Shown here piece by piece: positions 52,903 through 64,000 of a stretch of DNA of 64,000 nucleotides; the first letter of the stretch is position 1; the number at the start of each line of letters is the position of its first letter. Origin of the DNA: Octopus sinensis (Eukaryota). The position numbers and the translations under genes were made by a program. The DNA lies in NCBI RefSeq assembly GCF_006345805.1, contig NC_043022.1, forward strand, positions 21,638,001 through 21,702,000, written 5' to 3'. Below the pieces are notes generated by a model that was given only the letters and a program-made list of their open reading frames with translations, was not told the origin of the DNA and did no database searches.

Positions 52903-53800
52903 GAGAAGCAAACAATGTGCCTAAGAGACAGAAACACCATCTAAAATGCTTACATAACATCTGGCATACTTTTGCCTGTTGAATCTGCCATATATTATGT
53001 AAGCATTTTATGTAGTGTGCCATATATTATGTAAGCATTTTAGTTTTAGCTCCTGTGGATTTATTGAGCAGGTTGCCTGGATATTTAACGATCTCATATA
53101 ATTCTGCACAACAAAGAGTAGTGATCTATGAAATTTGATTGTCTCTGGTTTCTGCTTCAAGTTTATCACTGACAGCCCATTAAATCTTGACAGTTCTTCA
53201 AATGCCCTTAATCGCTTTGCTAATGGCTTAGCAAAATGAATCAATTTGAATTTTCTCTACCTATGTTTAAAATCACCTGATAATAGCGAATTTTTTGCAT
53301 GACGTAATCATAGTAATCAAACTATTCATCAATAAAAAAAAAACACTACTGAAACAGCTGTTGTGAATTTTTAAATTCCATTGCAACCATTCCTACATTG
53401 GGTCTATAACTTGCATTGGATCAGGAACCTACATGTATATCTATCTATATATATATATATATATAAATCAATAAATGGTGGGGTTGTGTATTGAACTCGA
53501 GATACACAAAGACTTTACAATGTATCAGTGTACCCATTTTTAAAATTTTTGTATGTGTTTATCTTTTTGCAAAAAACACTGTAATTTTCTTTTTTCCCCC
53601 TCCTCAATTATAAAAAAATTTTCTTTTCACCTTACAATTCTTGAGAAGTCGCATTGCGACAAAAACCGGTTAGAATTAATATATTTTTTTTTTTTTTTTT
53701 TTTTTAAATTTTCCATACACCCATGTTCATTAAAATTTACCTTCAATTTAGCATTCTGCCTTTTTATAATTTTTCCTTGCCTATATATATATTTTCCTTG

Positions 53801-53860
<60 letters not shown>

Positions 53861-54427
53861 AGTCTTTAGTAAAATATATTCAATGAGAATATCATATACT
53901 GAATTTATATTGAGTACTCTATTGTAGCAAAGTATTAATACCATTAAAGTATTTATGTATTTAATACAAGCGATTATATACATTTTATAATATATACATT
54001 TTATTTTATAATAACATATTAATATCAGGAAATAAATATTAGAAAATTCTTCTGAAAGATATATACATGTTTAAAATAATTGTGGTATTAAAAATATAAA
54101 TATATATAAATATATGCAAATATGTATAAGTATAAATATATAATGTATATGACAGTTTAAAATTTTTGAATTAAGTTTTTAAAGCATCTTACGATCGTTT
54201 CACAGAAGTGCTGTCCCTATAATGGAATCTTATATTGATAAGCATTTATAGATAACTCTTCTGCTTTTCAGAGATATAAAATTTGAATTTTGTATAATAT
54301 AACGAATGGTAGTTTTTTTAAAAATATGAAGTAATACTATAAAATGGTATATATATTCATATCGCCATGTTGTTTCGCTAGCCTCTGCACGCATTTTTTT
54401 TCTCTTTCTGTGTTTCTTCTCTGTGTA

Positions 54428-54465
54428 TCTTTCTGTTGAAGAGCGTAGGCTCGAAACGTTAAAGA
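54428..54465 (+). ncRNA. Hammerhead-like motif, A6->U variant
   Basis: tcttt-CTGTTGA-A-GAGC(GTAG)GCTC-GAA-ACGT-T-aaaga. Confidence 0.55.
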
Positions 54466-54933
54466 CTTGTTTTATTTATATTTCCTGAGCGCCATACTAA
54501 TACAATTGTTTGTTTGTATTCCACCTGCCTTCGTCTTTTGTCTATTTTCATAAAGCTTCCCGTTATATATATATATATATATATATTATAGACTCAGGTC
54601 AGCCAAAGCCTTGAGATCGGTTTCGTACACGAAAACTGAAAGAAGACTGTCATATATATGTGTATATTTGTGTGTGTGTATATGTATGTCTGTGTCTGTA
54701 CCCCTACCATCGCTTGACAACCGATGTTGCAGTGTTTACGTCCCTGTAACTTAGCGGTTCAGCAAAGGACACTGATAGAATACATACTAGGCTTACAAAG
54801 AATAAATCCTGGAGTTGATTTGTTTGACTAAAGGCTGTGCTCCAGCATGGCCACAGTCACATGAGTGAAACGAGTAAAACAATAAAAAACTATGCCATTT
54901 TAATCTCAAGCAATGTCAGGTATCTCTGCTAGC

Positions 54934-54989
<56 letters not shown>

Positions 54990-55381
54990 ATATATATATT
55001 TATATATACATATCAGCAACAATTTAGATTCAAATGAATATGGTACTTAATTTAGATGCACCAGAATTTTGTATGGTGTTACCCATAAAAATTTGCAGGG
55101 TGATTATAATCAAAAATAAGCAACAAGAATGACTCCGGTGATTTGGTACAAATGTTTTGCACTACAACATTTTATTAAAAGCTGTAAGTATTACAGCAGA
55201 TTTAAGATGCTGAGTGCTCTTCAGCCAATTATATAGGTTTTCCAATAATATAAAAGATTTCAAATCAAGTAGTAACATTTTAGAGAAGGTAAATATACAG
55301 ATAAAGATGTAGATTTGAATTTTAAGAACATATGAGGTTGTGAAGTTCAGTTGCTAACTGACCATGTGTATATATATACAT

Positions 55382-55815
55382 ATCATCATCATCATAGTTT
55401 AGCATCCGCTTTCCATGCTAGCATGGGTTGGACGGTTCAACTGGGGTCTGGGAAGCCAGAAGGCTGCACCAGGCCCAGTTTGATCTGGCAATGTTTCTAC
55501 GGCTGGATGCCCTTCCTAACGTCAACCACTCCATGAGTGTAGTGGGTGCTTTTTACGTGCCACCTGCACTGGTGCCAGGCGAGGCTGGCACCGGCCACGG
55601 TCGGATTGGTGCATTTTACATGCCACCTGCACGGGAGCCAGTCGAGGCGGCACTGGCTTCGGCCACAATTCGGATGGTGCTTTTTACGTGCCACCGACAC
55701 GGAAGCCAGTCGAGGCAGCGCTGGCATTGGCCACGATTCGGATAGTGCTTTTTACGTATCTCCAATCCAGGGGTCCTGGCATCTGCCGGGTGCCAGTCAT
55801 AGGATTGGTTCAATT
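55382..55815 (-). mobile_element. SINE B with ~4 tandem ~62-65 bp modules
   Basis: ttttacRtgccacc repeated at ~55551, 55615, 55682 and 55749. Confidence 0.88.
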
Positions 55816-57644
55816 TCGATTCCGATATATATATATATAAATATATATATGAGTGCATGCAGATTTATGTATGTGTAGGACACATCTATGTATGTATGGG
55901 ACTCAACCCTTTCCTGGTGTCCTCAATGTTAAAATAGCTATGTTCTAAAGAAACCTTCAACCAACTCACTTTAAAGTGAGATTATGTAACCCTTTACACA
56001 AATATAAAATTGAAAGTAAAGTCCAATGAATACACTGCCCTAAATGGTCTGGCAACTTAAGAGCCAGAATATTGATTATTCCCTTTCCTGGTCTCTATCT
56101 AGATGAGCTATGCCTTATAAAGTTGGTGGAGGTGGATGCAAATTATGTTGCATTGAGGCACTTAAAATAATGAAATGCAATCATTCACCCATGGCAGTGG
56201 GTGAATATGTTCCTAAAGCCAACTTTTAATTGCTTGTGAGCATTTCTGAGCTTCATCACAAATTCCATTCTCAACCAAATGGAATGTCTTTTTTTTAGCA
56301 ATGATGGTCCAGTGCTAAGCTACATTCTGAGATGAAATAAGTGAAATCTGGTTCATTAAAAAGAAAAGTTAGATCAAAATATGTGAGAGTAATGTGAAAA
56401 ATTGATTTTGACTAAGAATATCTTATTTTAAAAGAAAAACTAGATTAATTGGATTTTAAAGAATGTGCTCATTGAGAAGATTCTGTCTGTATCTAACATC
56501 ATGGGTCACTTAGCTTAATGGTACAGAGCGCTTAACTGGAGTTTGGGAGGTACAGAATTCAATTCTTAGCACCTTACTGGCCACTTTCTTTTTCCATTTT
56601 CTGAGAGTATTCAGCTGATCTTCTAAAATGTTTTCACAGTAATTGTGTGTTCAAAATTTCCTTTGGATGAAAGAGCTCTAATGAGAAGAATGTTGTGGTG
56701 AAAATTGTGTCAAAAAATATTGGCTACAAAACATGTCATGTGGCTTTAAGTGATGAAAAAAAGGGAAAATTTTAAGAAATCAAAATATTTTTCTTTTAAA
56801 GAGAAAAATAATATTTGAACTCAAAAGAAAGGGTTTATTGAAATGAATATTTTGCAGAAAACCCTGTCTAGAAATATTAAGCATGAATAAGATATGACTT
56901 CTTGAGATTTCATATCAATTTTCATTATTCTATTTTGGTATTAAAGTACATACATACCAAGAACATGTTAAAATAAATAGTTCATTACATAAACTAATTA
57001 TTAATTAATTAGAATATAGCATTATTTAAAAGTAAAAATTGCTTTAAAAAATATTTAATTATAACAGATGTGCTGCTTTTAATCATTTATTTTTGAGTGC
57101 AAACAAAATTTCTAAGTTTGAACAGAATCTTTATTTAAAATATATTTACAAAAATTTTATTTTTTCATTTATAAAAGTAAATATAATTAATCATAACAGA
57201 AGCATTGCCTTCATTAAAAAATGGACTAGAATGAAAAATGAGGGTGCAGAATCCTAGAATAAAACTTAAAATATTGCTGCTGAAGTCACACATAGCCTTT
57301 AGCCAGTGCATTTGTAAACAGGTCTGTAAATCAGAGTCATTTGCAGGTTGTTTGGTCATGCATGTGAGCACGCACGCACACCACACATCAATTCACAGAC
57401 ATACACATATCTTCTGTGCACATACTCACATGCACAGTCTCCATACATGCACAGTATGTGTGCACAAGTTACACAACTATAGATTGGCTTTGAGTAAAAG
57501 AAAATTCAGGAGGATCAGTTAATTATGATTTTATTCAACATATTCCACTCTCAGATTCACACACTTATTGCAGCAGTCCTTCAGTTTTTCTAAGCGCTGT
57601 AAAAGAACTTGGAAGGTTTGGCTTCCAATCAGGCCACTAGCAAT

Positions 57645-58034
57645 ACTCTTACTCTTTACTCTTTTACTTGTTTCAGTCATTTGACTGTGGCCATGCTGGA
57701 GCACCGCCTTTAGTCGAAGAAATCGCCCCCCAGGACTTATTCTTTGTAAGCCTAGTACTTATTCTATCAGTCTCTTTTGCCAAACCGCTAAGTTATGGCG
57801 ACGTAAACACACCAGCATCGGTTGTCAAGCACAGACACACAAACACACACTCATATATATACATATATACGACGGGCTTCTTTCAGTTTCCGTCTACCAA
57901 ATCCACTCACAAGCCTTTGATCGGCCCGAGGCTATAGTAGAAGACACTTGCCCAAGGTGCCACGCAGTGGGACTGAACCCGGAACCATGTGGTTGGTAAG
58001 CAAGCTACTTACCACACAGCCACTCCTGCGCCTA
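57645..58034 (-). mobile_element. SINE family A
   Basis: Family match. Confidence 0.88.
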
Positions 58035-58101
58035 TAAAGCCTATACCCTTTAAAGCCAGGAACCGTTTAGCAACCTCTCATATATATGTGTGTGTGTGGT
58101 G

Positions 58102-58132
<31 letters not shown>

Positions 58133-58203
58133 TGTGTGTTTAAGTGGATACTGAAAAGTTCCTGGCTTTAGGTAAAAGAAAATACAGGAGAATAAGTTAA
58201 TTA

Positions 58204-58725
58204 CTGTAAATCCTCGAGTATAATCCGCCCTTCAGTATAATACACAGGGGATTTTTAGAGGGCTGTACCTCTGAAAAACCTAAACCTTGTGTATAATAGG
58301 CACCCCTTCTCTAACTTGAGTCGTGCGTAATTAAGCCAGCAGCACCTAGTCGAACAAACACTTCCGCCCATGCGTAATACAATAATGGTGATGTTCTTAA
58401 CTGTTATATGAGAATGTAAATATGTTTGCAAATTGTTTTTGCTGCATGTTATTCTGTGATCTGAATACTTTTATTTTAATAAATGTTGCTTACTGCAAGT
58501 TATGGGAGATTCTTTTATGACTTCATTGCTTTCAGGCTTAGCTTAAGGTATTTTTGCGCCCGACATCACAAAATGCATCTGAATAAACATTGCTGGACAG
58601 TAAATAGAGACTCAGACATTGCTTAGAAAATATTTTTCATTTTTAACCTCACATATAGTATGCACTAGGGATTTTGACCTTTAAATTTTGGGGAAAAAAT
58701 GTGGATTATACACGAGGATTTATGG
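58204..58725. mobile_element. pogo/Tc-mariner-superfamily MITE inserted at a TA in a mariner MITE
   Basis: TA-CTGTAAATCCTCGAGTATAATC ... GATTATACACGAGGATTTATGG-TA terminal inverted repeats. Confidence 0.85.
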
Positions 58726-59059
58726 TATGATTTTATTGAACATATTCCCCTCTCAGATTTACAACTTATGGCAGTGGTTCTTCAGTTTTTCTAAGCCCTG
58801 TAAAACAACTCATACAGTAGGGCTTCCAACCAGGCCTTTTGCGATACCTTTAAAGCCAAGAACTTTTAGCACCCCCCACCCCCCACCATATACACTCACA
58901 AGCAGGCATGTGTAAGAATCTCGCTGCCTCTAGATATTACATACACCTATACATGCATGCCTTATATGTTTAAAACTTTTATGCATGTGTGTACATCCAT
59001 TAGCTTTCATAAATACAACAGTAAATCATCCAAACACATTACATAAGTCAACATGGAGC

Positions 59060-59285
59060 ACTGCAAACATTCAGAGATACTGCATCAATTGTCGTATAAT
59101 ATCCCTGGTGTATCCATGCGATGAAGGTGTCATTTATTACAGGTCCAATGTCAATGCTCCAGGCAGAGCAAACTTGGGAATAGTTGAAATGCAAACAGGT
59201 TGGTGCATTATGAGATCAGTTGCCTGATATAATAATGTTTGATGTGGGCAGTGATAGTAACAGATATTCCAGTGTATTGCCTTTA
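59060..59285 (-). pseudogene. Possible LINE apurinic endonuclease relic
   Basis: Minus frame LEYLLLSLPTSNIIISGN*SHN resembles the EN 'IIxGDFNxH' motif; degenerate. Confidence 0.35.
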
Positions 59286-60659
59286 ATATAAGTATACCTA
59301 GGATATATATATATATATATATATATATCATCATCATCATTTAATGTCTGTATTCCATGCTGGCATGGGTTGAATGGTTTTGAGAAAAGCTATGCCTGTA
59401 TGTATGGATGACTGCAATTTTACTCAGCTTGACGCATCTTCTCAAATACAGCGAACTACAACTCCTACTCCCTTGCCATTTCCTCGGTGAGACACACACA
59501 CACACACATTGGTAAATATATGGCAGAAGGGGGTTAACACAGAGATATTGTCACGATAAGTACTTGGATATAGTTATCAATTAGTGTTAATAATTAAATG
59601 AGAATATACTAGTTAATGTCACCATGTCAAGCTAATAGTAGACTAACATAATTCATCGTAGTTCCAGATATTACCAATCTTGTAGAAGAGGAATATCCAA
59701 CTCTTTCTCAGTGTACTGTAAGACCCCGCCAACTCACTTCTTATATTTAATAAGTGGCTATTTCTAGCTAGTGAAGGAACATGGCTCAGTGGTTAAAGCG
59801 TCAGGCTCACAATCATGAGGTAGTGAGTTCAATTCTTGGACTGGGCTGTGCGTTCTGTTTTGGAGTAAAACACTTTATTTCATGTTGCTCTGGTTCACTT
59901 AGCTGTAGAAATGAGTTGCGATGTCAGTGGTGCCAAGCTGTATCAGCCTTTGCCTTTCACTTGGATAACATCAGTGGTGTGGAGAGGGGAGGCTGGTATG
60001 CATGGACAACTGCTCTCAAAACAACCTTGACCAGACTTGTGCCTTGAAGGAGAAAGTACCTAGTCAGTATATGGAAGATTTTGGGGATGTGAGGTTTGAT
60101 AGTATGGGAGAAGAGGGGCCATAACCATTACCAAATTTTTTCTAAGCTTTTTTCTACCTTCTCAGAAGGGCTGTCTAGTATCCTCAGTTTCCTTCTTGTG
60201 TGGTTGGGTATGGGACTCCAGCCCAATATAAGTTTTATCTGGTAGTTGCCTCTTCTGCTCTTGGTTTCCCTATCACCCTGGGAGTTGCTGTGAAACTGGG
60301 GTGGCTCTGTAAGGTTCAGCTTATCGCTAGGGAGAGGTGGAGTCCTACTGATCTCATCTCTCGAGTGTTCTAGTCTCCCTTCCTTACCATTATATATTGT
60401 AGTGTCTGGAAGGGTCCCACTACACTTCTTGTTTTATCACTACTTCTACATTCCTTGAGAGCTCACTTAAGTTTAGTGTCTGTAATAAATTTAATCCTTT
60501 CACTATAACTGCTTCTACTGAGAGCCTCATCATAAGATATCAAGATTAAATACCCTAATTGCTATATTTCTAAGGCCTACCTGGACATGAATTAATGCTG
60601 CCAACAACAACACCTGACACATAAGTTCTGTAACCTGAGTGGAGCCAGATGATGCTATC

Positions 60660-60892
60660 TATTTCTTTATTACCCACAAGGGGCTAAACACAGAAGGGAC
60701 AAGCAAGGACAGACAAACAGATTAAGTCGATTATATCGACCCCAGTGTGAAACTGGTACTCATTTAATCGACCCCAAAAGGATGAAAGGCAAAGTCGACC
60801 TCAGCGGAATTCGAACTCAGAACGTAACGGCAGACGAAATACTGCTAAACATTTCGCCCAGCGTGCTAACGATCTTGCCAGCTCACCGCCCT
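60660..60892 (-). mobile_element. SINE family C with 15-bp TSD
   Basis: TSD ccagatgatgctatc at 60645-60659 and 60893-60907. Confidence 0.9.
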
Positions 60893-61949
60893 CCAGATGA
60901 TGCTATCACTACATCAAATTCATCTAACTTTTATCTTCAACACCAGTGTTCCCTCTGGAAAGAGATAGGTGTTTACAAATGCACTGATAAAGGCTGTGTC
61001 TGCTACATGAGAATAGTTCAACTCAAATACTATAATAATGTCAAGAAGGACAAATTTAGTATCTTGCTTCCACACAGCAACTACTATTGCTGTTTTTGTT
61101 ATAGTTGTTATGATTACTACTACATCAACCCAAGGCCATACTATTTATCCTATAAATCCTCTTTTCTCTCAACAAATACAGATGTGTATGGGTATATGTT
61201 TTTATGTTCAGTTTTCTCTCAGTTCATCTGTGCTCTCTCTCCATCATGCAACGTAGGAAAACTGAGGGGAGAGCATTTTGTTGCCAGCAAAGATTTTACA
61301 CAGACACACACACACATTCAAACATAACATATAAGTTATATTTTCGAGGAAGTGGGGCAAGCAGGAACCTCATGAATTTCCTCCTCTTCCATCTGACATC
61401 TCTCTCACTGTGTGTATTTGTGTGTGTGTGTGTGTGTGTGAGAGGGGGGCTTCTTGTCTGCAGTATGGTTAGGGAAAACAATTATTATTAATCACTATAT
61501 GCACAAAGCAATTAGTTTATTGTCAAGGACCAGACATTTGGCATTTTTCAAAATAGAATGGGAAGTTAGCTGGCACTGGTAATGCTTGAAGCAGCAACAA
61601 CAAGATTGGGAACAACAATGATGACGACAATGACAACAACAATGATGGTGATGATGATGATAATGCTTTCTTATTAATCACAAAAGGTTCACAAAAATAT
61701 TGGGGGTGATACAGGACAATACAGGGTAGGATAACATAAAAGCATGTAAAAGTAAAATGACAGAAACAAAAACATGCAAATAAGAAATAATTACCCTTAA
61801 AAAAGGGAAAACTCTGAAGGCTATTCATAGAAACCCTACAAAAATCAGTCACCTTGGCCACTAAAGAAAATACAATATCCCATCTGTCCCCTTATCTACA
61901 GTCACATGTTTAGAGCAGGTCCTTCTCTCAGCCCACTCTCATCCACATA

Positions 61950-63050
61950 TCAAAAAATTTAGCACTTCCCACTTCACACTCACTTTCCTTTTCAAGTGAA
62001 AACTGAAAAAGTTGATGAGGGCCCAACTAAAGGGGAAAGTATCTGTCTTCAGCCCTTTCAATCTCATCCACTACGCAATCTCTTTCAACAAAGACACCAG
62101 GTAAATGAATACTGCCTGTCCTTCCCAGCCAAAAGAAAGCAGCTGGATGGTCTCCACAATGAACTCAGCTGACAGTCAGATCTGCCTCACACCTAATAGC
62201 AGGTGTCCAACATAACTTCACAACTCAGCAGTGCTTGGACACCAGAAGGATATATGCAAAATGGTTTCATTGCTCTGTAAGCCTCTCAAACAGGCCTAGC
62301 TGGCAGCACTTACATGCCTGCAGAGTTCATCTCAAACCAGCAACGTCCCAATAATGTGAAGTTCTTAGAGTCAGGAAGCAACGATAGAAACAGAAAAATT
62401 TTATGAAAAGTTTTGTTTTGTTTTTCTTAACCAAAGTATTGTAGTGTGTCACGATCAGAAATAATTTGAGTGGCTAAAGAAGGAGTGTTAAAGAAAGAAG
62501 CAGAGGGTTTAATTGTAGCTGGGCAGGATCAAGCAATCAGAACATGATAGATCTCAAACATAAATAAGGAAGACACCTCTCCTGAATGTAGAATAAATGT
62601 GAAAGAACAGAGACAGTTGTGCATATAGTTTCTGAATGTAAACTGACAAACTCACCAAGCTTGCTTTGTGAGAAGGAGAATGTATGGACAATCTGCAGGA
62701 AGAGAAAGTAGACCTGTCAGAAGGGTGGACAGACTCATGTGTATCGATGACCATCCAACAGAGTGTATGTGAGGGTAGGTGTAGACTCTGAACTTTGGTT
62801 GGCAACAAACCTGGAGATGGTGTCACAATAAAGATACTGGTTATTGCACAGCTTTATAAATGCTACCTCAAAACGAGTGAAAATGTCACTCATAATCATA
62901 ATAACTGTGTTAACAGAACCAGAATTGTTAATGATGAAGGCGTCACGCACAGCAGGCAAGGAGAGAGCCTGATCAAGCTCCAGCAGGTTATCATCAAGCC
63001 ACTGATCAGGATCAAGATCAAAGTTGAAAGAGCAGTGGAAGAAAAATGAA
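61950..63050 (-). mobile_element. Decayed L1/Tx1-like LINE ORF2 3' region
   Basis: Zinc-knuckle-like CLRGLQSNETILHISFWCP and WMRLKGLKTDTF..ALINFFSFHLKRKV match the 44.9-kb fragment. The upstream open stretch WLDDNLLELDQALSL... is probably part of the same relic (less certain). Confidence 0.55.
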
Positions 63051-63559
63051 ATGAGAAAAAAGAAGTGAACAAGATTGTGGTTGAATGTTGACTGAGAAAT
63101 GAACTGAATAAAAGAGGCTTCATGAAACAAATGAAGAGAATACAGAATGAAAAGGGAGTCTTTGAAGTCTCTGCCCATTGATTGATAAACTAGGCAAAGG
63201 CAATTTAAATAAATGATTAGATTACAAAATTAGAGAATGAAGAAATTCTTCAGAGAAGAATAGAAAATGAAAAGAAGAAATGTGAAACAACAAAGTTAGA
63301 AAGTGGTAATAAAGGGGTAACAAATCTTTTTATCTTTTATCTTGTACTTGTTTCATTCATTTAATTGTGGCCATGCTGGAGCACCACCTAGAAGGATTTT
63401 AGTCAAATAAATGAAACCTAATACTTTTTTTTTAAAAAGCTTAGTACTTATTCTTTTCTGAACTGCTAAGTTACGGGGATGTAAACCTACCAACACCAGT
63501 TGTCAAGCAGTGATGGCGGGGAAACACAGATACAAAGACACACACATAGATATACACAT

Positions 63560-63785
63560 AATGTGACCGCATGTATACCGTTGTCGATTTTTTTTTTTTC
63601 CTCCGTCTTCCCTTCTCTGGATCTTTCCTTTTCCTATGTTTCTGACAAAGAGCTCCGCTCAAAACGTTAAACCCTCCTTCTTCCCTTTCTTCCTGAGCGT
63701 CCAATAATACTATATTTGTTCTACGTCTTCGCGTTGTTGTGTTTTCTCTTTGTGTTTTCATGTTTGGATTAACTATATATATATC
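63560..63785 (+). mobile_element. Penelope-like pseudo-LTR fragment with a decayed HHR (63638-63672)
   Basis: gttt-CTGACAA-A-GAGC(TCC)GCTC-AAA-ACGT-T-aaac; downstream cctgagcgt..taatac...tttgtt resembles the 46.8/51.1/54.4-kb family. Confidence 0.6.
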
Positions 63786-64000
63786 ATATATACAAAGGGC
63801 TTCTACCAAATCCACTCACAAGACTTTAGTCAGCCCAAGACTATAGTCGAAGATTATGTGGTTGGGAAGCAATGAAGAAAATGAAAAAGAAGGAAATCGT
63901 TATGTGCCTGAGAATGCTGATGAAGCAAACAGTGAAGATAATTTATCTGGACAAGTGACAATAAATGTTTAACAAGATTTGATCAATGAGAAGAAGGAGA

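Noticed and set aside
52986-53042. 25-bp direct repeat with a 7-bp spacer
   Set aside because: An isolated local duplication with no supporting context.
56503-56575. tRNA-like segment
   Set aside because: Degenerate A/B boxes without a cloverleaf; probably an old SINE head.
60050-60580. Possible Penelope RT relic (YDEALSRSSYSERIKF, minus strand)
   Set aside because: Only a short motif resemblance amid stops; a profile search is needed.
62300-63000. Apparent three-exon minus-strand gene (GTGAGT and GTAAGT donors)
   Set aside because: The adjacent sequence translates to a LINE zinc knuckle and Tx1-like C-terminus, so a retroelement relic is more parsimonious. Not fully excluded.

Overview
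AT-rich, repeat-saturated eukaryotic DNA. It is most likely from an octopus or other coleoid cephalopod; this is my inference from the SINE families, not a database result. I can support no intact protein-coding gene. Nearly all ORFs in the track come from microsatellites, minisatellites or SINEs. The window holds at least four tRNA- or LINE-linked SINE families, TTAA (piggyBac-type) and TA (mariner/pogo-type) MITEs, and a non-autonomous Helitron. It also holds decayed Tigger/pogo, Tc1, L1/Tx1 and unclassified transposase relics, a 22-bp and a 23-bp minisatellite, a ~1.7-kb tandem duplication carrying a 5'-truncated tRNA-Glu, and a ~4.8-kb CpG-rich satellite block (157-bp x4 plus ~365-bp x11) inside one split SINE. 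The most interesting signal is a set of short non-coding elements carrying minimal type I hammerhead ribozyme (HHR) motifs with palindromic stem III. These are typical of Penelope-like element pseudo-LTRs. There are about five sequence families, often in palindromic or inverted arrangements. One has a G3:C8-swapped core and another has a fixed A6->U core change. All folds were done by eye and are untested.
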